Source: Candidatus Obscuribacterales bacterium (GTDB lineage: Bacteria; Cyanobacteriota; Vampirovibrionia; Obscuribacterales; Obscuribacteraceae). Taken from it: 64,000 bases of DNA. The translations under genes and the position numbers were made by a program. The stretch covers positions 2,720,001-2,784,000 of the forward strand of contig CBDDIJ010000003.1 in assembly GCA_965228855.1 (NCBI GenBank). The letters run 5' to 3'. This document shows, piece by piece, positions 1 through 9,406 of the stretch (the first letter of the stretch is position 1; each line of letters opens with the position of its first letter). The notes under the pieces were generated by a model. It worked only from the letters and a program-made list of their open reading frames with translations. It was not told the DNA's origin and made no database searches.

Positions 1-354
1 TCCGCCGTGCAATGTCATTTCAGGCATGTCGAGAGCCTCGGACAGCATGGTGACGGCGCGGTCGAGATGCTGCAGTTGAGTTCGCAGCTGTTCAGTAGTC
101 ATCTTCACCGGGTGCAAATTTTCGATTTTGCTCTGGTTTTCAGGAGCGCTCAATTCTATGTCATCGAGTTCACCGGAAACCTTGCTCAATTCACCGGATG
201 CAGATTCCAAGATTTCTTTCACGTGACTGGAAAGCATCATCACAGCACGCCCAACGACGTCTTCGATTTCAAGTTTTTCGAGTTTGCTCTGGTCTTTGGG
301 CAGCTGTGGCAGCACTATCACCGCCAGCTCCCGAGCGATACGCCGTGCTGTCAT
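1..354 (-). CDS. nusB: Transcription antitermination factor NusB, cyanobacterial type (5' part; runs off the window edge)
   Basis: Not in the ORF track. Manual translation from ATG at 354 gives MTARRIARELAVIVLPQLPKDQSKLEKLEIEDVVGRAVMMLSSHVKEILESASGEL..., open to base 1. This matches the 'RRIARELA..L.QLP' N-terminus and helical insertion of cyanobacterial NusB. A GGGAG RBS-like sequence lies upstream. Confidence 0.8.
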   Translation of the reverse strand, partial: MTARRIARELAVIVLPQLPKDQSKLEKLEIEDVVGRAVMMLSSHVKEILESASGELSKVSGELDDIELSAPENQSKIENLHPVKMTTEQLRTQLQHLDRAVTMLSEALDMPEMTLHGG

Positions 355-548
355 TAGAACTCCCGAAGTCCCACTTTGCAATGGGAAATACAATAAAGAA
401 TCATGTTACCACTCTCTATGACAACCCGAAGTCGTCAGCATGGCTTGTGTTCAGATAAGTTAAGGACTGATTTGCCGGACAATCTGAAAGCCTAAAACCA
501 TGCAACACGGTGTAAGCTTTTTAAAGGACGTGATACGGGGCACAGGCA

Positions 549-1118
549 ATGAGTTTGAGGATTACAGGTGGTGAAGCGAGAGGTCGCTCTGTTGCCAGTC
601 CTAATGGCATCGCCGTGCGCCCGACCAGTTCCAAAATTCGCCAGGCACTTTTCAACATCCTTGGCGGACGAATCATAGATGCGCGCTTCTTAGACCTCTG
701 CGGCGGCACTGGCTTGATGGGCATCGAGGCTCTGAGCCGAGGCGCCGGCGAATTGACGGTTATCGAGCTCGAGAAAAAACTTGCCTCAAATATCAGCGCC
801 TCTCTCGAAAAACTTTCGTTTGAAGCAGAGGTAATTACCGGTGATGTCCGAGACAGACTGAGCGATCTACAGGGCTCCAAGTTCGATATTATTTTCGCTG
901 ACCCACCTTACAAAAGCCCGGTTGCTAAAAGCGTGCTTCACCTGGTGGACAGATACAACTTACTTAGCGACGACGGGCTCCTGATTATCGAGCACTCCAA
1001 AGACACGGATTTGCCGCTCGATAAAGTCTCGCTAACCCGAACGAATAAGAGAGAATATGGTCAAACATTTCTCTCGTTCTTTCAAAAGCCAGACAAACAC
1101 GCGCAGGAACAACAGTGA
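549..1118 (+). CDS. rsmD: 16S rRNA (guanine966-N2)-methyltransferase RsmD
   Basis: LRITGG...RPTSSKIRQALFNIL, FLDLCGGTGLMGIEALSRGA, DIIFADPPY, final YG motif. Confidence 0.92.
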   Translation: MSLRITGGEARGRSVASPNGIAVRPTSSKIRQALFNILGGRIIDARFLDLCGGTGLMGIEALSRGAGELTVIELEKKLASNISASLEKLSFEAEVITGDVRDRLSDLQGSKFDIIFADPPYKSPVAKSVLHLVDRYNLLSDDGLLIIEHSKDTDLPLDKVSLTRTNKREYGQTFLSFFQKPDKHAQEQQ

Positions 1119-2356
1119 GCGATTATTCTCAGCACTTACGACTCGGCGATCTTCTCATGGACGCGGGTATTTTGTCGTCCGATTACATCAAAGAAGCGCT
1201 CGCGAAATACGAGGAGCAGGGTCTGCCAATTGGCAAGGCGCTTGTCATCTCGGGCTATTTGAGTGACGGAGAACTGCGCAACGCTCTTAATTTGCAGTAC
1301 ATGGTCAACGATCGTTTGTTAACCAGAAAAGATGCGGTCAGCGTGTTGAAAACCGCTCACAATGGTCGCATCGGCCTTGAAGAGTCATTTAGAAAAACCG
1401 GACTCGTCCAACCGGAAGAACAAGAAGCCAATAAACTTGGTCAGCTTCTGATGGACAGCGACATCATCGACGAGGAGACCCTTGAACCCTGCCTTTATGC
1501 AAGCAACAACACCGGCTTGCCGCTCGGTCATGTCCTCTGCCACCGCAACCTGATGTCGCAACCCATCATAAATCGCGCTTTGTTAATTCAACAATACATT
1601 CGCCGCGGTCAGATCATGCGCAACCAGGGCATTGAGTCGCTCCGATACGCAGGCAAACGCGAAGAACAGCTTGAGAGGCTGCAAATCAATCGAGGTTACA
1701 AACGGCAGCCGTTAAAAGGAACGCCACTTTTCGGTGACCTGTTGCTCGGCGCAGGCGTCGCGACAGAACGTCAAATTCGCGAAGCCCAACTCGCGCACAT
1801 CACACATAATAAGACTTTCGGTCAGGCGCTCGTCGATTCGCAGCAACTACCTGACGACTTTATTCGGTCCGCTGTAGTTGTTCAAGAAATGATCGACAAT
1901 GAAACTCTCGAACTGGATAAAGCGCGAGAGGCGCTCATGGAAGTCCGCGCCAAGCGCATTTCGCCTATCAGAGCAGTTGCTGAAGCATGCACTTTCCGCA
2001 TGCAGTTGAACCAATCGCGCTCACTGCTCGACTTATTATCCTCAGTCGGTGCAATAGACATTGACGCATTGCCCGCGGAGATTCAAGAACGTGCCGGGGT
2101 AAATTACAATCAAGTGCTTTATCTATGCCGATCTCTGCTGGGAGCGGGAATTGTTGACGAAGACATTTTATACTCCGCACTCCGCTTAGTAGATTTGCTC
2201 AATCGAAAGATCGTCTCAATAGAAAAAGCATCAATGGCTTTAGAGTTCGCGATCAAATCAGAAACCGACATTGAATTTGCGCTCTACATGCTCGGAATCA
2301 CTGAGCGTACACGATTACGCGATCACGAAGTGGTCGCAAAAGGATTAGCAGTGTAG
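1115..2356 (+). CDS. Protein built from tandem MshEN/GSPII_N-like (RLGxxLxxxG) repeats; putative c-di-GMP receptor
   Basis: Repeated motifs RLGDLLMDAGILS, PIGKALVISGYLS..LRNALNLQ, KLGQLLMDSDIID, PLGHVLCHRNLMS..INRALLIQ, LFGDLLLGAGVAT. No ATPase domain. Overlaps the rsmD stop (GTGA). Confidence 0.6.
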   Translation: MSDYSQHLRLGDLLMDAGILSSDYIKEALAKYEEQGLPIGKALVISGYLSDGELRNALNLQYMVNDRLLTRKDAVSVLKTAHNGRIGLEESFRKTGLVQPEEQEANKLGQLLMDSDIIDEETLEPCLYASNNTGLPLGHVLCHRNLMSQPIINRALLIQQYIRRGQIMRNQGIESLRYAGKREEQLERLQINRGYKRQPLKGTPLFGDLLLGAGVATERQIREAQLAHITHNKTFGQALVDSQQLPDDFIRSAVVVQEMIDNETLELDKAREALMEVRAKRISPIRAVAEACTFRMQLNQSRSLLDLLSSVGAIDIDALPAEIQERAGVNYNQVLYLCRSLLGAGIVDEDILYSALRLVDLLNRKIVSIEKASMALEFAIKSETDIEFALYMLGITERTRLRDHEVVAKGLAV

Positions 2357-2411
2357 CGGCAGCGGCAAGAAATCAGCGAACGTGCAAGCCCGCAGATCAA
2401 CGCACTCGATA

Positions 2412-3329
2412 TCAATTCGGACTGGCAGAAAGTGCATTTTCGACCAGAATCGGAAGAGGCGGTGCCTGTCCGGCTTTGTCTGCGCCCATGTACACGGTGG
2501 TGTGAGGGAACGGAATTTCAATGTTCAGCTTATCGAATGTATTTTTAATCCTGCGATTGAACTCGCGTCCGACTCTCCATTGCCGTATCGGCAAAGTTTT
2601 AGTTCTCGCCTTGAGGATGATGGCCGAATCAGCGAATTTATCCAGTCCGAGAATCTCTAGCGGCTCGATGATATCGTTCTTGTAGTCAGGATCTTGACGC
2701 ATGCTTTCGTCGATCTGCTGAAGAACCTCAATGACGCTATCGACGTTTTCCTTGTAAGCAACACCGACTTCGAAAACATAATAAGAGAAGTCCTTGGTCA
2801 TATTTGTGACGACTGAAATATCACTGTTTCTAACAAAGTGCACGTTACCGGACAAATCGCGAAGTGTCACCATCCGCAGTGTCACTCTTTCGACCACCCC
2901 ACTTTTGTCGGCTATTTCAACCACATCGCCGACGCGAATTTGATCTTCCATAAGAATAAAGAAGCCGGTAATAACATCCTTGACCAATGTTTGAGCGCCG
3001 AAACCGACCGCGACACCGACGACTCCAGCACCAGCAAGGATCGGACCTATTGCAAAACCGAGGTCCTGCAAAACGATCATACTGGTGATGGCTAAAATTG
3101 CAGAGAGGAGAACCCAACGAACGACCGAACTCAAAGTATCAGCCCGCTTCTTGAGTTCCGTGCCTTCTTGCCCGCGGATCAAGAGAGCGAAAATCTTGTC
3201 AGACAACAGGCGACTACCTTTAATCGCCAGTCCTGATAACAGGACGACAATCAATATTCTGACGCCGGTGGTGCCTAACCATACGAGAGCGAAGTTTACG
3301 AACTCAGTTGGTTCTGTTGGAATTTTCAA
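2412..3329 (-). CDS. Small-conductance mechanosensitive channel (MscS family)
   Basis: ILAGAGVVGVAVGFGAQTLVKDVITGFFILMEDQIRVGDVV, GVVE, IEIPFP motifs. Confidence 0.93.
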   Translation of the reverse strand: MKIPTEPTEFVNFALVWLGTTGVRILIVVLLSGLAIKGSRLLSDKIFALLIRGQEGTELKKRADTLSSVVRWVLLSAILAITSMIVLQDLGFAIGPILAGAGVVGVAVGFGAQTLVKDVITGFFILMEDQIRVGDVVEIADKSGVVERVTLRMVTLRDLSGNVHFVRNSDISVVTNMTKDFSYYVFEVGVAYKENVDSVIEVLQQIDESMRQDPDYKNDIIEPLEILGLDKFADSAIILKARTKTLPIRQWRVGREFNRRIKNTFDKLNIEIPFPHTTVYMGADKAGQAPPLPILVENALSASPN

Positions 3330-3659
3330 TATTCACCTCTCTTTCTTATGCAAAACTGGCGGTCCGAGACGTTTTCAATGAGGTGCCCGTAACACGGACG
3401 AACAGGCATCTTAGCATTATCACAACGGACACCCAAGTGAAACGCGCCTGCATCAAGCGGTTTCTTCAAGTTCCTTAAGAACCGAAAATTCACACAAACA
3501 TTCATATAGTCCCGAAAAGCGCAGGAGATAAGGCATTTTGCAATTGAACCCGTGAGCCGTTAGTCTGGCGAAAGAAATCCATAAGCCAGAATGTTGGTTG
3601 TGTCAATTAGTGATTCCTTGTGTCGATTAGAATATCTCTGTCCAAACAGAAGGCTACAT

Positions 3660-4685
3660 ATGTTTCTAGATTCAATGAAGGCAGAGGTCCGCGGCAAGGG
3701 AATGCGCGTAGTCTTTGCCGAGGGCAACGAAGAGCGAGCGATCAAAGCAGCTGCAATGTTGCGCGATGAAGATCTGGCCAGGCCGATTCTCATAGGAAAA
3801 ACAGATGAGATTGAAAAGCTAGCGAAAAAATTGGGAATCGAGACGAAGGGAATCGACATACACGACCACGCCGAGGATAAGGATCTCGAAAAGTACGTCG
3901 ACACCTATTACGATCTGCGGATAAAGAAGAAGAAAGAGATCACGCGCGACCAGGCTGAAGAAAAGGTGAAACAACCGCACTACTTTGGTGCGTTAATGGT
4001 GCATCTGGACAAAGCAGATGGAATGGTTTCGGGATTGAATAGCGAAACTAAACCCTTCCTACCAGCTTTTGAGATTATAGGCTTGAAGGAAGGCTTCAAG
4101 CGAGCTTCTTCGCTATTTGTACTGGAATGGCCGGAGAGACTCTTATTCTTTGCCGACTGCTCCGTCAACATCGATCCAGACGCACAGACGTTATCGGAGA
4201 TTGCTCATGCAACCGCTCAAACGGTCGCATCGTTTAAGTTCGAGCCTCGAGTAGCGTTCCTCTCTTTCTCCACAAGAGACAGTGCCAAGGGTGAAACTGT
4301 CGACAAAGTCAAAGAGGCGCTACGTCTGACGAAAGAGGCTTGCCCTCAGATGATCGTTGATGGAGAGATTCAATTCGACGCGGCACTACTGCCGGAGATA
4401 GCTCACAGGAAGGCACCGGGAAGCGTTTTTGAAGACAAAGGCGCAAATGTTTTTATCTTCCCGGACCTGAACAGCGGCAATATCGCCTACAAAATTTCGG
4501 AAAGACTTGGTCGTGCAACCGCTACTGGACCTATTCTTCAGGGTTTACGGAAACCTATCAATGACGTCTCCAGAGGATGCTCGTTCGAAGATCTCGCAAA
4601 TGCAGGAATTCTAACGGCGGCTCTGGCATTGATAAAAGAAGAGATTGGACACGAGTGTCAGGTCAGCGATGAAGACAAACACTGA
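3660..4685 (+). CDS. pta: Phosphate acetyltransferase (short PTA_PTB class)
   Basis: VVFAEG, ADGMVSG, FADC, DGEIQFDAA, ANVFIFPDLNSGNIAYK, GPILQGLRKPINDVSRGC. The ATG at 3660 is preferred over the ORF-track start at 3591. Confidence 0.85.
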   Translation: MFLDSMKAEVRGKGMRVVFAEGNEERAIKAAAMLRDEDLARPILIGKTDEIEKLAKKLGIETKGIDIHDHAEDKDLEKYVDTYYDLRIKKKKEITRDQAEEKVKQPHYFGALMVHLDKADGMVSGLNSETKPFLPAFEIIGLKEGFKRASSLFVLEWPERLLFFADCSVNIDPDAQTLSEIAHATAQTVASFKFEPRVAFLSFSTRDSAKGETVDKVKEALRLTKEACPQMIVDGEIQFDAALLPEIAHRKAPGSVFEDKGANVFIFPDLNSGNIAYKISERLGRATATGPILQGLRKPINDVSRGCSFEDLANAGILTAALALIKEEIGHECQVSDEDKH

Positions 4686-4727
4686 TGCCTGTGTTTTAGG
4701 TCTTCCTGAAGTGTCAATTAACCAGAG

Positions 4728-7466
4728 CTATTTTTTTGAGTCACGCTCATCCGCTGACGAATGAGCGTGATGCTGATGAACAGCACCACCGGTAGTGACG
4801 TTTTCATTCGGCGGACCGAACTCAGCGATTACACAATCGCAAGGACCTTCGCCGCCGGCTTCCATGCCGTGACTTTCTTTTCCGTTTGAATCCGTTAAAC
4901 TCGCGCCGACGGACTCCGGCGCGATGGCGACCGCGATGCCACTGCTCTGCCCCTGAGCCACCGCAACTGGTGCACCGTCTGTAGCGCTCTGCTCAGTCGA
5001 GATTGATACGTTCGCAGTTGCGGCGGACGAAGCACCCACCGCTGCTGTTGCCGGCGGAACAGGCATTTTGCCGGTCGTAGTGGATGGATACTTCAAACGA
5101 TCGTGATGCAGCGTTCTCCAGACACGCACGAAAGCCAACTTAACTCGATGCAGTTCTTCATACGTCAGGGACGAATCGCTGAACTGACCATCTTGCCAGC
5201 GATTTTCAAAAACCTTATCGATTGCGGTTTCGACTTCCTCTTCACTGGGATCTTTCATACTGTGAGTCACGGCTTCAGACACATCAGCCAGCATGACGAT
5301 GGCCGTTTCCTTCGAATTCGGCTTCGGTCCCGGATAACGATAGAACATCGCATCCACGTTGTCAGCGCCGTCGCGTTGACAGGCTTTGTAATAGAAGTAT
5401 GCCATCAGAGTGGTGCCCTGGTGCATCGGAATGAAATCTTCAACCGCTTTTGGAAGCGAATACTTTCTCGCCAGCTCGATGCCGTCGGTCACGTGGGCAA
5501 GAACTCGATCTCGACTTTCCTCAGGCGTCATTGAATCATGAGGATTTGCCGCGCCCAGCTGGTTTTCTATAAAGAACTTCGCCTTCACCATTTTTCCGAT
5601 GTCGTGATACATGGCACCGGCACGAACGAGGTTTGCGTCTGAGTGAATCGCCTTAGCACCTGCCTCTGCCAGGTTGGCAACAGCAAGACTGTGTTGATAT
5701 GTTCCAGGCGCTTTTTCTTCAAGCTGACGAAGAAGAGGCTGCTCAGCATCGACGAGTTCAATCAGTCGGTAAGGGGTGATCAAACCGAAGATGTTTTCAA
5801 GGAAAGGCAGGGAGCCTATCGCGATGATAGAGGAAACGATTCCACCTGCAAATTGCAATCCGACGGTTTGGAGATCAGGAGTTGCGGCCGGCAACCAGGT
5901 CACTACATATGGTGCAATGCGATCACCGAAAATGTATGGAGCTATACGACCCAAACCGTAGGCACAAAGGAAACCGACAGCTTGTGCGACACCAATGACG
6001 AGACCGCAAAATACCAGCGAATTTCTGCGCTTCGAGTAACTGAGAATTGCAGCGAAGGCTGCTACTGTGAGCGCCACCAGATGAGCACCATTAATCAGTC
6101 CTTCAACGAGCAAAAGAACGGTGATTGGCAATATCAACGCAGCTGCAACTCGCCGTCTGAAGAAGATGGTCAACAGGAGCGCCGCTCCGGGGATTGGCAC
6201 AAATTGCGGGTACGTGCTCCCCAGTACGCTGGTCGCGATAGAAGCTACGATTCCGATTGTGTACAGCAGGGCTATCGAGCGTGAAGAGAAAAAGTGTTTT
6301 GGTTCGTAAGTCAGCAAAAACAATCCGGAGAAGCCCAGAGCGGCAAGCAAAGAAACTCCCAGAACGAGAAGGACAGCTGTGCTTTTTACGCTCTTTACCT
6401 GGAGCGCTTGCAAAATTTCCTGCTTCTCTTCGGTGATAACGTCTCCACGACGGATAACTACATCACCCTGCTTGATAGAGCGAGTCACCGGTTTCACATC
6501 ACGAACAGCGGCGTCGGCTTTGGCTTTTGTCCCGGAAGGGTCAATCACCAGGTTCGGTTCCAGGGCGTCGCAAATGATCGTCCCGGCACGAGCACGAAGC
6601 ACGGCGTTCCAGGAATCAGGCAAAAACTCGATTACGACTTTGTGCCAGTCATGTTTGTTTTTGACTGGAAAACGGGAAAACTGCTGCAGGATTCGGTTGG
6701 TAGCCTGTAAAGTCGTGTCGGCGAACTGCAACAGTTCAGTCGGTTTTACGGCGACGGCTAGAAAAATTTGATCGTCCGATATGGGCTCGGCATTCTTACG
6801 CATCTCACTTAAAATGCTGCGCTGCCGTTCCAGAATTCCGGTCGCCTGCGCCAAGCCGGAAACCGGCGCGGATGAACGCGCGCGCCCCCTACGAGATGGA
6901 GCGGCCGGCAAAGGAGACTCCAAACGTTTCTTCAAAAGTTCAACGTAGTCCGACTGCTCTTTAAGTTCAATCGGTTTGGTTCCGACGATCTGCCCGAAGA
7001 TCTCCGATGAGCATGTCAGAGCATAAACGTGCTCTGCAGGCTGAACTCCAAGGGCCTGCAAGATCGCGTCAGCTTCGATGCCGGCGTCCTGAATTTGCTT
7101 GATGACCACAAATTGTTGCTTGACGTCTTGCAACGAGCGCGCGTCGTTTTCCCGATCAATGACGAAATCCGGGATCACATGCTGCCGGGCGACTTCCACG
7201 GCAGAAGCTGTAGCCTCGGGATCGATAATCGTAGCTTCCTGGGTTGCCCGGATGTCCTTCTCAGCAATGTCTCCAGGCGAGATTCCAGGCGAAAAGATCT
7301 CCCCGGCTGTCAGAGAGAAAAACAGCAGAATAGCGCCAAGCGCGCCGATCGTGAGCCAGGCGAAAAAGTCCTTTCCCGATGGAAAGATGGCATGGTGCAG
7401 CTCATCTTGGTGGGTGAACTGCTGACTGTTTCCAGTTTCGGTTTTGTTTCGTGGTGATGTGCTCAC
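4728..7466 (-). CDS. 7TM-HD membrane phosphohydrolase (PgpH-like cyclic-di-AMP phosphodiesterase family)
   Basis: N-terminal TM, large extracellular domain, multi-TM region, then EKAPGTYQHSLAVANLAE...YHDIGK...FFIENQ...HHG-like HQGTT...YPGPKP...MLAD. Confidence 0.88.
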   Translation of the reverse strand: MSTSPRNKTETGNSQQFTHQDELHHAIFPSGKDFFAWLTIGALGAILLFFSLTAGEIFSPGISPGDIAEKDIRATQEATIIDPEATASAVEVARQHVIPDFVIDRENDARSLQDVKQQFVVIKQIQDAGIEADAILQALGVQPAEHVYALTCSSEIFGQIVGTKPIELKEQSDYVELLKKRLESPLPAAPSRRGRARSSAPVSGLAQATGILERQRSILSEMRKNAEPISDDQIFLAVAVKPTELLQFADTTLQATNRILQQFSRFPVKNKHDWHKVVIEFLPDSWNAVLRARAGTIICDALEPNLVIDPSGTKAKADAAVRDVKPVTRSIKQGDVVIRRGDVITEEKQEILQALQVKSVKSTAVLLVLGVSLLAALGFSGLFLLTYEPKHFFSSRSIALLYTIGIVASIATSVLGSTYPQFVPIPGAALLLTIFFRRRVAAALILPITVLLLVEGLINGAHLVALTVAAFAAILSYSKRRNSLVFCGLVIGVAQAVGFLCAYGLGRIAPYIFGDRIAPYVVTWLPAATPDLQTVGLQFAGGIVSSIIAIGSLPFLENIFGLITPYRLIELVDAEQPLLRQLEEKAPGTYQHSLAVANLAEAGAKAIHSDANLVRAGAMYHDIGKMVKAKFFIENQLGAANPHDSMTPEESRDRVLAHVTDGIELARKYSLPKAVEDFIPMHQGTTLMAYFYYKACQRDGADNVDAMFYRYPGPKPNSKETAIVMLADVSEAVTHSMKDPSEEEVETAIDKVFENRWQDGQFSDSSLTYEELHRVKLAFVRVWRTLHHDRLKYPSTTTGKMPVPPATAAVGASSAATANVSISTEQSATDGAPVAVAQGQSSGIAVAIAPESVGASLTDSNGKESHGMEAGGEGPCDCVIAEFGPPNENVTTGGAVHQHHAHSSADERDSKK

Positions 7467-7612
7467 AAGTCACCGAGAGGCCGCTCTAATCCCAGCTAAA
7501 GAGACTGGTTCAATTTAACTATACGAAGCCCTCAAACATTCATCTTACTCCTACTTCTTTTGAACGCAAACCGGTTATTGTTTATTAGTCAATTTAGAGG
7601 AAGGTTCGAAAG

Positions 7613-8599
7613 TTGAGCAACATACTGGTAACAGGCGCAGCTGGCTACATCGGCAGCCATTTCGTCAGACGGTTTTTGGGCGCTAAGCAAGGCAAAAATA
7701 TTATCGCTGTTGACAATCTATCAGTCGGGCATTTGGAATCGTTGCCGAAAAACGACCGGTTTGTTTTTTATGAAAACGATATCGGCAACTTTGATTTCAT
7801 GCGCGATTTGATGGAAAAGCACAGAGTCGAATCGGTGGTGCACTTTGCGGCCAGCGCATATGTGGGAGAGTCGCAAGAGAAACCGTTCAAATATTTCGAT
7901 AACAACGTAGTCGGGACACTGAATCTCTTCAAAGCGATGAACGAAACCGGCTGCCGAAAAATTGTTTTCTCCTCCAGCTGCGCGACTTACGGAAATCCGG
8001 ACTACAGTCCGATCGACGAGGACCACGCCCAAAGACCAGTCAGCGTCTACGGCACGACTAAATACATGATCGAGAAAGCGATTCAGGCGCTGGCCACGAC
8101 AGGCTGGTCGTACGCGAGCCTGCGCTATTTCAATGCGGCCGGCGCCGATGACTCGGGCGAGATTGGCGAAAGTCACGAACCGGAGACTCACATCATTCCT
8201 CTCACCTTACAAACAGCCCTGGGAAAACGCGAGGTCCTGCAAGTATTTGGTGACGACTACGATACCGAAGACGGCACCTGCGTGAGGGATTACGTACACG
8301 TCAACGACCTTGCGGACGCACACATTCAAGCGCTCGACAAACTCGACAGCGGGACGAAAGAACTGGCGGTAAATCTGGGCTCATCGGTCGGCGCATCGGT
8401 CAAACAAGTGATCGAAATGTGCAAGCAGGTCACGGGTCGCAATATTAACGTCAAGTACTCCCCGCGCCGCGCCGGGGACGCTGTTGCACTTTTCGCGGAT
8501 CACAAACGCGCGACAGAGCAGTTAGGTTGGACACCGGCCTACGATCTTAAACGCATAGTTGAAACGGCGTGGAACTGGGAATCCAATCGAAAATACTAG
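7613..8599 (+). CDS. galE: UDP-glucose 4-epimerase
   Basis: GAAGYIGSH, HFAA, FSSS, YGTTK (YxxxK), LRYFNAAGA, DGTCVRDYVHVNDLA. Confidence 0.93.
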   Translation: MSNILVTGAAGYIGSHFVRRFLGAKQGKNIIAVDNLSVGHLESLPKNDRFVFYENDIGNFDFMRDLMEKHRVESVVHFAASAYVGESQEKPFKYFDNNVVGTLNLFKAMNETGCRKIVFSSSCATYGNPDYSPIDEDHAQRPVSVYGTTKYMIEKAIQALATTGWSYASLRYFNAAGADDSGEIGESHEPETHIIPLTLQTALGKREVLQVFGDDYDTEDGTCVRDYVHVNDLADAHIQALDKLDSGTKELAVNLGSSVGASVKQVIEMCKQVTGRNINVKYSPRRAGDAVALFADHKRATEQLGWTPAYDLKRIVETAWNWESNRKY

Positions 8600-8661
8600 C
8601 GAAGTAGAGAAAAAAGAGACGAGTTTTTACGCCTTTGCCCAGCCGGAGCAGTAATATTTCT

Positions 8662-9081
8662 CTATTTTTTGCTCATAGGTTCAAGCGCGCGAGAAGTGCT
8701 TACTGTGCCACTTTTCACCATATCGCGTTGGTCCTGGTGCACCCGAAGTTTCGCATCGAAGTCGATCGATTCTTGCAGGTGCAGCAATTGCATTCGCGTC
8801 TCAGCAGCTTCATGTTCCAACTGGTGGATTCGCTCCTGAAGCCTCTTATTCTCATGTTTTCCCGCGAGTCGATCACGAATTATTGGAATAAAACTGATGG
8901 CGAGCAGCAGTATAAACGGCCAAGCACCGCCATCACTGACGATACCAGTGAAACATCCAATCAGAACGACGCCGAGGATAAACCAGAACGGGCTGGTTGC
9001 GACAAACGCAACTATTGCAGCCATTTTCAGAGCACCACCTTCGGACTTCTCTTTAATGACTATTGTTCGCTCGCTTTCCAT
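8662..9081 (-). CDS. Small membrane protein with C-terminal coiled coil
   Basis: Two hydrophobic segments, then LQERIHQLEHEAAETRMQLLHLQESIDF. AGGTGAG RBS-like sequence upstream. Confidence 0.7.
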   Translation of the reverse strand: MESERTIVIKEKSEGGALKMAAIVAFVATSPFWFILGVVLIGCFTGIVSDGGAWPFILLLAISFIPIIRDRLAGKHENKRLQERIHQLEHEAAETRMQLLHLQESIDFDAKLRVHQDQRDMVKSGTVSTSRALEPMSKK

Positions 9082-9406
9082 TTCTCACCTGCTGGGTGGC
9101 GTCCACCCGTTGTCTAACCGCTGTTATGTTTCGGATATTGAGAGTTGAAACTGTTTCGCCCCAGACTCTTTGCATCCGCACGACACTGTTATATCAAAAG
9201 CTCCGGCTAATTTGTCCCAAAATTTAGAGAACGCTAATGATTTCATGCATGCGTGCGCACTAAATGCGCGACACCAATCGACGCAAAGCTGCCCGGGACA
9301 AACATTTTGAGACTCGGGCAGTAGTCAAGAGATCCCTAAACAGCCCAAATGTGTCTAAAAACTACCCTTAAGTGGATAAATACATTTAGAAGAGTTGGAA
9401 GAATCG

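Noticed and set aside
7..458. Plus-strand ORFs 7..357 and 198..458
   Set aside because: Antisense shadows of the minus-strand nusB; no protein-like motifs.
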